In this document: positions 28,733-37,845 of the stretch, one piece after another
How positions within the stretch are numbered: the stretch's first letter is position 1
How the letters are laid out: every line of letters begins with the position of its first letter
Assembly (NCBI GenBank): GCA_964342815.1
Contig: CAYFHS010000011.1
Coordinates: forward strand, 57,938 to 121,937
Length of the DNA stretch: 64,000 nt
Reading direction: 5' to 3'
Source of the DNA: an uncultured archaeon
Lineage (GTDB): Archaea; Thermoplasmatota; Penumbrarchaeia; JASLWR01
Program-made: the position numbers and the translations under genes
Notes under the pieces: model-generated
The model's input: the letters and a program-made list of their open reading frames with translations, nothing else
What the model was told of the DNA's origin: nothing
Databases searched by the model: none

Positions 28733-29806
28733 TTATCTTACGTCCAAACGTATCTTTTTTACCGGGGCCAGTAGGGTTTCATCCAGGCAAATGCAGTGGA
28801 GCCCGAACCTTTTTGGAAATGGAATGAAACCTGCTTTGAGAAAGGGGATTGTGGAAAAATAACCCATTTTCGGAACAAGGGACAGTACAACTCCACTCTC
28901 CTTCGCCACGGCGATGGCAGTGAGAAGATTTTTCTTTATTCCTTCTTCTCCGTACAGCCAGTCGAACCAGGCAACCTTTACCGATTTTCTGGTCACCAGC
29001 GTTCGGACCTTGAAATGCATTACCGTAAGTAGTTTACCATTCAGAATGCGGCCCACCGTAAAGGAATCCGGATCGCCGAGTTCTCTGCGTAGTTCGTCAT
29101 GAGACCAAATGCGGTCCCACTTGAAGCAAGGGACGGAAAGGTACAGAATCCGAGAGACGTCCGAAGGACCGAGGACAGCATCATTGGGGTAGCTTGAAGG
29201 AATGGCGGATACGTTTTCGAGAGCCCTGTTAATGAGCGCTGTGATTCCACCTTTTTTGTTACTCAGAAACCCCATCTTCATCTTTTTTCCAACGAGTTTA
29301 CGAGCGGGAATATCATAGCCCACCCTTTCGGAAAAGGAATCCGGATCGATAATCTTTCCGAGCCAACTGCCGCTGTGTAATGGGAACATCCGGGGATAAC
29401 ATTTTTTATAGACCGAGCTCCCCATTCCCTCATCGTCGAAATACGGGAGGATTTTTTTTATTCCCACCCGCTGGTTCCGCTTCACGATCTCTCTTACAAG
29501 GATGGATGCGATATTTTTTCTACGGTATTCCGGCAGAACCGATAGATATGTGGGAATGGCCGTTTCCGATATCGTACCCAGAATATTAATTTTTCTCGGG
29601 AAGGATACGTTCACTCCTACCAGTTTACCTTTGGAATACGCTCCCAGCCATACGGACCCCTCCTCGTTTTCGAACTGCCTTTCCAATATCCCGGGCTCAT
29701 ACCGAAAATACCCGTCTTCACCGTAGTCGGCGGACCACGCCCGGTCCATCAACTGTGACACGGCCGCCATTTCATTTATTCGCAGAGCTCGCACATTTAT
29801 TTCCAC
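28733..29806 (-). CDS. Tandem-GNAT acyltransferase with N-myristoyltransferase-like architecture
   Basis: Motif A LSVLPEYRRKNIASILVREIVKR and a second GNAT half at the C-terminus. Likely start GTG 29806; the frame is open to TTG 29893 through the repeat unit. Confidence 0.75.
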   Translation of the reverse strand: MEINVRALRINEMAAVSQLMDRAWSADYGEDGYFRYEPGILERQFENEEGSVWLGAYSKGKLVGVNVSFPRKINILGTISETAIPTYLSVLPEYRRKNIASILVREIVKRNQRVGIKKILPYFDDEGMGSSVYKKCYPRMFPLHSGSWLGKIIDPDSFSERVGYDIPARKLVGKKMKMGFLSNKKGGITALINRALENVSAIPSSYPNDAVLGPSDVSRILYLSVPCFKWDRIWSHDELRRELGDPDSFTVGRILNGKLLTVMHFKVRTLVTRKSVKVAWFDWLYGEEGIKKNLLTAIAVAKESGVVLSLVPKMGYFSTIPFLKAGFIPFPKRFGLHCICLDETLLAPVKKIRLDVR

Positions 29807-29845
29807 AAGGCAAGGGAACCGAAGATAACGATTTATATTTTTCCA

Positions 29846-30244
29846 GGAATTGTCATGTAAAGGTGACCCATGCTGGCTCACCAAACTTGTCAAAACGGTC
29901 CAGGTATTCCCGTCTTTACACGTAAAGTCAGGAACATTTGGACTGACTTCTTGGTAAAGTTGAGCCAGAATGGATCGGCTTTACACGTAAAGGCGACCCA
30001 CACTGGCTCCCGACGCAATATCGAAGATACTGCTAGGGGTGCGTAGCAATCACTATTGCGAGCATTAGCAGAACTCGTTCTGCAATATCGGAGAAACTTG
30101 TTTCTCCACCACCTGTCGGTACGCAAGTACCGAAGGAGCAGGAGCATACTAATGCTCTGGAGCCCGTAGATTTCATCTTGAAATTGAGGGATCAGGGCAA
30201 TCTCTGATTGTCCAGAGTGAAACGGGCTCGCCAAACTTGCAAAG
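29846..30244. ncRNA. Candidate structured ncRNA or non-autonomous palindromic element (repeat family 2, composite locus)
   Basis: Four consecutive closed stems plus internal hairpins (one with a GCAA tetraloop), built around family-2 units in both orientations; no credible CDS. Confidence 0.5.
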
Positions 30245-30282
30245 TAGTGACTTTACAAGAAAACTTTATTAGCCTCAATGGA

Positions 30283-31320
30283 ATGGTCTTCTCAATGAGC
30301 CGTGTACCACGCAAGGTACGGTTAAAACTGCTGGATGAATACGGGTATGTCCCTGTTGCGAGAGCCATGGCCAGCGATGAACTCACTCATTTTTCACTGA
30401 CCGGGGTGAAAGGATTTCTGGGATATCTGGAAAAAGGCGGTTCCTTTCTCGTACCGGGCGAACCCTTATGTGACGTGAGCGACGCCAAAGACCTATTTTC
30501 GGAATTTATCGATCATTCATCGACCCAAAAGAGAAAGATTTGCTTTTTCGGCTGTTCCGAAAGGTTGAGCGGGTCCGCAAGATCCGCTGGCTATGCGGTG
30601 ATAAAGTTCGGCGAGGAGGCAGTTGTTGATATTTCCGGATTTTCTCTCCAGGGGAACGCAATGGAGAATGTCCGAAGAGGATTCAACCATGCCAATAATG
30701 TGGGAATATTGGTTTCTGAGTATATTCCGGAACGTAAAAGAGATCCGCTGATGGAAAACGAATTTCATCTGATATCGGATGAATGGCTCAAGGACAAAAA
30801 AACCCCGGAGCTAGGTTTTCTGCTGGCCCCTATGGAGCTTAACCGGCTTGAGGGACGCAGGATATTTACCGCACGGACAAAGAACCGAATTGAGGGATTC
30901 GTCATTCTCGATCCAGTAAGATCCAGGGAAGGATGGTATACCGATATCATGCGCAGGAGGCGAGACGCACCCAACGGTGTCAATGAAAAACTTTTGGTGG
31001 AAATTATAAAAAATCTGGATGGCGAGGGCGCAAAGAATCTCTTTTTAGGAATGGTTCCGTTCATTGGATTGGACCCGCAAATACGGGAACATGGGAAAGC
31101 GACGAAATTGATGAATTCCCTCAAGGGCCGGATCGATTTTCTTTACCCCATTGAATCCGAATTCTTCTTCAAGGATAAATTCCGACCGCGTTGGGAAGAT
31201 GTGTTTATCTATGTTTATCCCAAACTTACGACCAAGATGATTTACGGTATAATAAGCGCTTTCCTGCAGGGCGGATTTGTTCGTCTGATTAAACACCGTG
31301 TAAGAACGTTGGGAAAATAA
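30283..31320 (+). CDS. Stand-alone DUF2156 / MprF-LysX C-terminal aminoacyl-tRNA-dependent transferase domain
   Basis: VPGEPLC, ICFFG, KFGEEAVVD..FSLQGNAMENVRRGFNHA, GWYTDIMRRRRDAPNGVNEKL, LFLGMVPF, FFKDKFRPRWE..F. No N-terminal flippase TM domain. Start 30283 or 30295 (track: 30208). Confidence 0.85.
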   Translation: MVFSMSRVPRKVRLKLLDEYGYVPVARAMASDELTHFSLTGVKGFLGYLEKGGSFLVPGEPLCDVSDAKDLFSEFIDHSSTQKRKICFFGCSERLSGSARSAGYAVIKFGEEAVVDISGFSLQGNAMENVRRGFNHANNVGILVSEYIPERKRDPLMENEFHLISDEWLKDKKTPELGFLLAPMELNRLEGRRIFTARTKNRIEGFVILDPVRSREGWYTDIMRRRRDAPNGVNEKLLVEIIKNLDGEGAKNLFLGMVPFIGLDPQIREHGKATKLMNSLKGRIDFLYPIESEFFFKDKFRPRWEDVFIYVYPKLTTKMIYGIISAFLQGGFVRLIKHRVRTLGK

Positions 31321-31401
31321 AAAAGTCTCCGATTAACTTCTGAGAAAGGATTAAGTATAAGTGCGGTATATGACCTGTATATTATTCCAGGGTGTGTATA
31401 A

Positions 31402-32184
31402 ATGCGCTGTATGATATGCAAATCAGCTATGACCTCAAAGCAGATCGAGAACGTTGAGATCGACCTGTGCCTGAATTGCGGCGGTGCGTGGCTGGACGGG
31501 GGCGAGCTGGAAGAGGTAAGTGGAGTGGATCTGCAGCTGCATAGAAGATTGACCTGCCCAAAGTGCGATTTCCCCATGGATATCAGAACCGTGCGGGGTA
31601 CCGAAATCGACTGGTGTGCAAGATGCGACGGTGTCTGGCTCGATACCGGAGAGTTCGAACGGATCACCGGAATTGCTCCCGAGACCGAGCGTGGCGACTC
31701 ATTTTCAAAATTCAAGAACGCCATAATGTTTACGAGAAACATGTCCAATGCAGTGGAATGGGGCAAGGACGATAAGATATCGCGGGTCGATTCGAAAATA
31801 CTCATCGAGGATATTTTCCTAATGCACAACAACGGCTGCCTGGTGGCTCATGCAACCAGACGCCTGAAACCCAGCATGGACGTGGATATTCTGGGCGCGA
31901 TGCTGGTGGTAATACAGGATTTTGTCAAGGAAGCGTTCCAGGACGAGTCGAAATTCACCCTTAGAAATATCACTTTTGGGGACAAGAGCATAGTGATAAA
32001 CAAGGGGCAGTGGGTCATTCTGGCGGTGGTTCTCGGCGGCAAGGCGAACAAGTACCTGCATCACAAGATAAGGGATGCCATCGAGGAGATCGAGGAAAAA
32101 TACTGCACCGTGCTGCCTCAGTGGAGCGGTCTCATCGACGACCTGCGCGGTTGCAGGGACATCATTGCCGGGATATATGATTGA
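31402..32184 (+). CDS. Double zf-TFIIB-type Zn-ribbon protein with C-terminal longin/roadblock-like domain
   Basis: CMIC...VEIDLCLNCGGAWLDGGEL and CPKC...TEIDWCARCDGVWLDTGEF; C-terminal IEDIFLMHNNGCLVAH...DILGAMLVVIQDFVKEAF...ITFGDKSIVI...WSG. Confidence 0.75.
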   Translation: MRCMICKSAMTSKQIENVEIDLCLNCGGAWLDGGELEEVSGVDLQLHRRLTCPKCDFPMDIRTVRGTEIDWCARCDGVWLDTGEFERITGIAPETERGDSFSKFKNAIMFTRNMSNAVEWGKDDKISRVDSKILIEDIFLMHNNGCLVAHATRRLKPSMDVDILGAMLVVIQDFVKEAFQDESKFTLRNITFGDKSIVINKGQWVILAVVLGGKANKYLHHKIRDAIEEIEEKYCTVLPQWSGLIDDLRGCRDIIAGIYD

Positions 32185-32264
32185 TTCATTTTTTTCTTAT
32201 CCATTCGAGATTTATCCCACGAGACTGCCGACCCCTGGAAAACGACGGACTCCTCTATTGAAAG

Positions 32265-35200
32265 CTACCGTTCCTTATAATCTCCCAGTATTTCCGAGAA
32301 AAGCGATGTGTCGTCAAGTTCGTTCTCGACATTATACTTTCCCGATATCGATTTTTCCCGGTCAAATTCATCATTATAGCCAATGGAATTCGCGTACTGC
32401 ATACTGGAAGAAATTTCATCCGCCGTGACCTTCTCGATTGTTATTTTCTCTTTACCTCGTCGTCTTTTTATAAAAAAGATCGATAAACATGCACCAATAA
32501 AGAGCACCAATATAACGGGAATGATGATGCACATTCCACCCTTAACATTAGTCCCGAAGGTCTGAGAGCTTTCAGTGCTTTTTTCGAGAGTGATCTCGAT
32601 ATGATCGTATGCGGTCACACCTTCGAAGGTCCCTGATACGGTTATCTTTCCCGTGGTACTGATCAAAACCTTCTTTCTCCCGGTGAAGAATCCGTTCTCA
32701 TCGATATTTCCTATACCGCCTTCCACGTCCCATTTGTAAAAAACTACCCCCTCGGGGATGGGCTCGCCATTGACGTCGTACGCAAGAACCTCGAACTGGT
32801 GAGATTTCCCGCCCTTGAGAGTTAGTTCTCTGCTAACAGCTTCAATCCGGGAGAGCGGTGGATAGTAATCTACAACTGCATCGGTCACAGCTGTATTCCC
32901 AACTTTATCCCGTACCTTCAAATAGAACGTCTTTTGACCTCCGCGAACGTTGCCGCCGTACTCTGAAAGGTTCCATCCCCGCTTCCTTCCTGTCCAATTC
33001 TCCCACGGGCTCCATGACGTTCCATCATTACTGAAGCACATTTCGCCCAGACCCGAAGCTTCGTCCATAGCGTGCACATCCAGATCGATGGACAGTGAGA
33101 ACGTCTTTTTTTCCCTTCCCTTGAGCCTTAGAGATAGCTCAATAGGCGGCGTCAAATCAATGTTGAATGAAATCGTCTTTTCAATAGAATTATTGGCCCC
33201 GTCGTAGGCCCGTATTCTGAGAGAATGCGCCCCTTCGCTTAGATCGTAAAGACTCTCTACTTCAGCACTCCCCAGTCCATAAAATTCATCATCGTCCAGC
33301 TTTATCTCGTATCGAGCAGCGGAAAAATTGTCCCCTCCTTCCCATCTCACCTCCACCGTGCCGTTGCCGAGCCATTCACCGTTCGCCGGAGCCGAAATTG
33401 CAAGATCCGGCTCATCAGTGTCGATAGAGAAAACGTGAGTTCCGCTATCTCCGATATTCCCGGCCCCATCCACCGCCTTCACGTAAAATATGTGCTCCCC
33501 GCTTGCCTGCGGCGGCAGTTCCACCGACGTCGAGCTATAAAATGTCCACGGAAATCCGTCTATCTTGTAATAATACCCCGATAAACCGCTGATGTCGCTT
33601 GGTGCAGACCATATGAACAGTGGCGTGTCGTCGGAGGACCACCCTTCCGTGTTATCATCAGGTAAGGGTATGCCTGGCGCCGAAGTATCGATCCGGTAGG
33701 GGCCGGCAGAGTAAAAACCATCGGCCCAATTCCCGGCGCGGTCCACGGTCTTGACATTGAGATACCACTCTCCGTCAGCCAATTCCGAACTTTTGATAAT
33801 TCCATTCGAGGCATTTGCTTCTACGATCATATCCGGCTCGAGCAATCCGTTATCCCATTGGTAGCTGTAGCCCCCGATACCGCTGAGTTCATCCGCGGCG
33901 CCGCTAAGATTTATACGAATTGTATTGTTGTTCGACCACTCCGATATGTTATGACCTGCTGATTTCGCACCGTCGGGATTAGTGGGTTTTGTTCTGTCTA
34001 TACGGATCGGAATTGAACTGGTAGCGGTCTTGTGCACTGCATCATACGCTCTAACGAAAAGGGTCGTGTTAATCTCTTCGTCGAAATAGACCGGACTCTC
34101 ACCCTCGACCCAGTCGCCGTTCTCTCCTACACGGTACTCGTATTTCTCGATTCCAAGAGGAAGGTCGTCCCACGGTTCATCCCATGAAACATACGGAGAA
34201 TCTTCACCGGACCATCCGTCCCCGCACCCATGGCCGATCAGTTCGGGAGCCGCAGGATTATTTTTGTCTATTCGGTCGAAAAAATATTTTATGAACCCGG
34301 CGGTTGTCCTCTGGGCACGTGGGAACTGGGCTTCTGTTACCAACCCGTACTCGTCACCGTATTGTCCGTTTATGGACACTTTCTCCGTCCTGTATCCCCA
34401 ACTCGGATTTATGTTGTCCGTGACCAACCTCAATTTCAGGGTCTCACCCGCTATCTCCCCGGTATCCACATTTCTCTCGTCCATATCGGTGTAATCCTTT
34501 TTCAGATTTCCCGATGAATCGTGTATGTACAGGTGGTCGCCAAGGTCCAGACTTATACGGTCAAAAATTATCTGAATATACTCTGAATCATGGTATGTTA
34601 TGTTCCATGAACTGTCCAGATCGTTGGGAAGGTCATGAACCGTTTCCAGTTCATAGTTCTCGTCATCGATCTCCCATATAGCGTCGTTCACGTAGAGATA
34701 ATATTTGAGGCTCTCGTGCGCATTGAAATCCACGAATTTCGCTGGACCCTCCCCGAAGTGTACTGGCTGGTATAACGAGCTTGCTGCGGGCAGGTCCGAA
34801 TAATAGATACCCCCGCTCTCCACCAGATAATTATGGTCGTTATCGGAAACCCAATTCTCATAGCTCGTGTGAGCGGAATAGACCGGTCCGCCGCCGGCTC
34901 CGAAAGAATGATGGGGTACGCAGAGGTCCTGTACCATATGAGCGGCCCAGCCGAGAGAGTACATGGCGTCGCTTAACTGCTGGTCGGTGGAGCCGTCGCC
35001 CCAGCTCACCAGGGCGTCCGTGAACTTATACGAGCAAAACTGTGCGGCCTGGTAGGACGGTTCCAGCACAAATTCCCAGAACCCGTCGTACTCGGCGTGG
35101 TTAATGGGATGCATAAAATGATTGATGGAGCCGTTCCATACCGTGGGATCGTCATTATCCGAACTGCCTCTTTTCATAGTATTGAGATAGCTCTTTCCCC

Positions 35201-35420
35201 AAATGTTGTCGGTCCCGGAAAGAAAATCCGAAATTCGCCTAAAACCGTCGTTTCGCAGTATTATCTGCGCCTGTTGATACGACAGTTCATGGGTGTCATC
35301 GACCCCCTTGTTATCATCGTCGCAATTGTATCCGGTGGTACCGGGAACTTGCATGTTGATGAACGTGAGTAATAGGATAATCGCTATTATTATCGGCAAA
35401 TAAACCGGGTTTCTGTCCAT
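32265..35420 (-). CDS. Membrane-anchored Zn-dependent phospholipase C/P1-family enzyme with CUB and Ig-like domains
   Basis: HFMHP, LGWAAHMVQDLCVPHH, HTSYENW zinc-ligand spacing; CUB-like segment (IQIIFDRISLDLGDHLYIHD); several Ig/FN3-like repeats; C-terminal TM. Confidence 0.82.
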   Translation of the reverse strand: MDRNPVYLPIIIAIILLLTFINMQVPGTTGYNCDDDNKGVDDTHELSYQQAQIILRNDGFRRISDFLSGTDNIWGKSYLNTMKRGSSDNDDPTVWNGSINHFMHPINHAEYDGFWEFVLEPSYQAAQFCSYKFTDALVSWGDGSTDQQLSDAMYSLGWAAHMVQDLCVPHHSFGAGGGPVYSAHTSYENWVSDNDHNYLVESGGIYYSDLPAASSLYQPVHFGEGPAKFVDFNAHESLKYYLYVNDAIWEIDDENYELETVHDLPNDLDSSWNITYHDSEYIQIIFDRISLDLGDHLYIHDSSGNLKKDYTDMDERNVDTGEIAGETLKLRLVTDNINPSWGYRTEKVSINGQYGDEYGLVTEAQFPRAQRTTAGFIKYFFDRIDKNNPAAPELIGHGCGDGWSGEDSPYVSWDEPWDDLPLGIEKYEYRVGENGDWVEGESPVYFDEEINTTLFVRAYDAVHKTATSSIPIRIDRTKPTNPDGAKSAGHNISEWSNNNTIRINLSGAADELSGIGGYSYQWDNGLLEPDMIVEANASNGIIKSSELADGEWYLNVKTVDRAGNWADGFYSAGPYRIDTSAPGIPLPDDNTEGWSSDDTPLFIWSAPSDISGLSGYYYKIDGFPWTFYSSTSVELPPQASGEHIFYVKAVDGAGNIGDSGTHVFSIDTDEPDLAISAPANGEWLGNGTVEVRWEGGDNFSAARYEIKLDDDEFYGLGSAEVESLYDLSEGAHSLRIRAYDGANNSIEKTISFNIDLTPPIELSLRLKGREKKTFSLSIDLDVHAMDEASGLGEMCFSNDGTSWSPWENWTGRKRGWNLSEYGGNVRGGQKTFYLKVRDKVGNTAVTDAVVDYYPPLSRIEAVSRELTLKGGKSHQFEVLAYDVNGEPIPEGVVFYKWDVEGGIGNIDENGFFTGRKKVLISTTGKITVSGTFEGVTAYDHIEITLEKSTESSQTFGTNVKGGMCIIIPVILVLFIGACLSIFFIKRRRGKEKITIEKVTADEISSSMQYANSIGYNDEFDREKSISGKYNVENELDDTSLFSEILGDYKER

Positions 35421-35788
35421 TTTTAACCACTTTTACAAAGATTTCGAGCATCAAAACCCGACCGATATTATAAGCCCATTATCCGATATATATCTTGTTG
35501 GTGAAATAACGCATTGGTTTGGGATTTTGACTTTCTGTCAAAGGGACAAATTCTGCAATGCCTGACCCATCCAATATTGCTTATGGAAAATCCATAATCG
35601 ATATTATAATTTATGTTTTTTTAGCCAGACCTTCTATCCGAGAACCGAATGAAGAAAATAATCAGAAATTATCGGTTCGATCCAGAGTATGAAACCAGAC
35701 ATTGGAATTATTAAAATGAAGAAGTTAACATATGTTAAAAAGGAAATGCAAATAACATAAATACCCATAATACCATAAATTAATTTAT

Positions 35789-36520
35789 ATGGAAGAAAGA
35801 ACGAGGGGAGTTATTCAGTTTTTTGGAATTTTCTTTTTGGTCGTAGCGACAATACTAATTATGGCGCTTTCAGGTTACCTCAATCCAAAACCTGGTGAAT
35901 ACATTGGAGACCTGGATGATGTTGATGATACTATTGACCTTGGAACCGTGGAAGTGAGAGAATATAAGGGCAAGAAACTTGGCTCCATTGACGATTTTCG
36001 GGAAAATTCCATCAGGGGACCCCAGTATATCAATGAAAGCAGTTATAGACTTAAAATAACCGGATTAGTTGATAAAGAGCTGGTCCTTACCTACGATGAG
36101 GTCTTGAAGATTACCCCGCATTACCGAAAAGTAGTGACCCTTAACTGTGTGGAGGGATGGAGCGTAACTATCCTTTGGGAAGGACTCCTGCTCAGAGACC
36201 TTATAGAATTGGCCAATGCGACTGACGAGGGAAAGGTCATTATCTTCAAAGCATATGATGGTTATTCAACGTCTCTTGCTTTGGAGTACTTCTACAATAA
36301 TGATATACTTATGGCTTATGGCATGAACAATGTAACCATTCCACCCGAGCGAGGATTCCCGTTCCAACTCGTAGCTGAATCCAAGTGGGGTTACAAATGG
36401 ATAAAATGGATCACGGAAATCGAAATTTCCGATGATATAGATTACGAAGGTTATTGGGAAGAGAAGGGATACAACAACGAAGGTGACCTGGACGGTCCCC
36501 ACCGGGATAACGACTATTGA
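35789..36520 (+). CDS. Molybdopterin-dependent oxidoreductase (sulfite oxidase/MsrP-like Moco domain)
   Basis: YRLKITGLV, LNCVEGWS, WEGLLL, DGYSTSL, ERGFPFQLV, WGYKWIKWITEIE, GYWEEKGY; N-terminal TM. Confidence 0.88.
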   Translation: MEERTRGVIQFFGIFFLVVATILIMALSGYLNPKPGEYIGDLDDVDDTIDLGTVEVREYKGKKLGSIDDFRENSIRGPQYINESSYRLKITGLVDKELVLTYDEVLKITPHYRKVVTLNCVEGWSVTILWEGLLLRDLIELANATDEGKVIIFKAYDGYSTSLALEYFYNNDILMAYGMNNVTIPPERGFPFQLVAESKWGYKWIKWITEIEISDDIDYEGYWEEKGYNNEGDLDGPHRDNDY

Positions 36521-36875
36521 TCGCGATTCTTCAGCTAAGAAGGTTAGAGATGAACTCCGGCAGTGGGATACATTATATCCACCACAGTAGTTCATTAGAC
36601 TTTTTTATCGAGAATTGGTACTTTTATCTCTTCCAAGCATCATAAATTGACACTTTCTTTCGCAAGTCCTCTTTGGTATGTACTTCGGAGATACAACAAT
36701 TTTACTTTCACTCACCCCCCTACAGCCTTTATATATTTACCACTCCCTCTAGTGATTGCTTACAGCAGAGGTGAGAAAATGAACGTAAGCGGTAAAAAAG
36801 AAATGGTAAATCGAGAAACAAACACAAAGAAACGAGAAATAGAATCGGATTTTTTCAGAAAGGGGGGCGGCTTCA

Positions 36876-37340
36876 TTGAGCGTGATTCTGTACGGGCGTG
36901 AGAGATTCGGTAAGCTGGCCGACTGGCTTATCACGAAGGACATGGGACGAGACCCGTTCTTCGATACCTTCACCTATGAAGAAAAGGCGGATATATTCTG
37001 GACGGAAAATAGAATATGGGCAGGTCGCGATTTCGACGTGGATGACTACAGAAGATCGAAGCTTGCGCAGTGGGCGGACCGGCTGTTCATCGCCAATCAA
37101 CTCGCCAGTTTCTATACCTACGACGACGAAAACCCAAAACTGGAACGGATCGAAAAAAGTGATATAAAAAACGGCTCGGGCATGACCACCAAAGGAGTTC
37201 TTGAGGTACTTGAAGGAATTCATTATAATATCTATACCAACGGCGGCAACTGCTTTTTGGGGAACCGTGACGAGAAAAAGCTCCGATGGTATATCCGGCA
37301 GCTGAAGGACAAGCTGCTGGCGGCTGTCAGTGGAACCTGA
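36876..37340 (+). CDS. Hypothetical protein
   Basis: 154-aa ORF with TTG start behind a G-rich SD and protein-like composition; no family recognised with confidence. Confidence 0.6.
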   Translation: MSVILYGRERFGKLADWLITKDMGRDPFFDTFTYEEKADIFWTENRIWAGRDFDVDDYRRSKLAQWADRLFIANQLASFYTYDDENPKLERIEKSDIKNGSGMTTKGVLEVLEGIHYNIYTNGGNCFLGNRDEKKLRWYIRQLKDKLLAAVSGT

Positions 37341-37418
37341 TATTGAAAGATATCATCAGTATTGGTGCAGAGGTCAAGGATGCAAGGTGATAAAATATTT
37401 ATATCCTTGAGCGTATGC

Positions 37419-37799
37419 ATGATCATGCAGGAAAAACTGGTACCCATCTTTAACAGGTTGAAGAAGATTTTGAAACGGTATGAGGATCCACTGAAACCAA
37501 AGTTTGATCTGGACAGCAAGTACGACCTCTGGTCCTTTAAAGACGTTGTTATTTTAGGTAGAAAGAGAAAAGAGACATATTTCGCCGGTTTGATCATTCA
37601 AAGCAGCTACGTAGGGTTCTATTACATGCCGATCTATATCGATACGGAACTTGAGGAAGTATTCGAACCGGAGTTATTGAAACTCAAGAAGGGCAAATCT
37701 TGTTTTCACATCAGGATTTTGGACGATAAGCTTGAAGAACAGATAATCAATGCTCTGGACACGGGATATGAGCTGTACAAAAAACGAGGGTGGATTTAA
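37419..37799 (+). CDS. DUF1801/YdhG-like protein
   Basis: YFAGLIIQSSYVGFYYMPIY...ELLKLKKGKSCFHI pattern. The track starts at 37362. Confidence 0.7.
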   Translation: MIMQEKLVPIFNRLKKILKRYEDPLKPKFDLDSKYDLWSFKDVVILGRKRKETYFAGLIIQSSYVGFYYMPIYIDTELEEVFEPELLKLKKGKSCFHIRILDDKLEEQIINALDTGYELYKKRGWI

Positions 37800-37845
37800 A
37801 CGTCTTGATGGACAAGCTGTTGAATGCCATGGTGTAATATAATCT

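Noticed and set aside
30100-30145. GAAGGAGCAGG resembling SRP RNA helix 8; element as SRP or RNase P RNA
   Set aside because: The 5' CAGG-x-GNRA partner is missing and no GAGGAAAGUCC P4 motif is present on either strand.
29890-30234. 114-aa minus-strand ORF across the structured element
   Set aside because: No SD or family features; better explained as an open frame through a stop-poor palindromic region.
37793-37825. attC-like integron site after the DUF1801 gene (ATTTAAAC...GTTGAAT)
   Set aside because: Too short (~35 bp), imperfect R'' box, no integrase, and the other palindromes lack R boxes.
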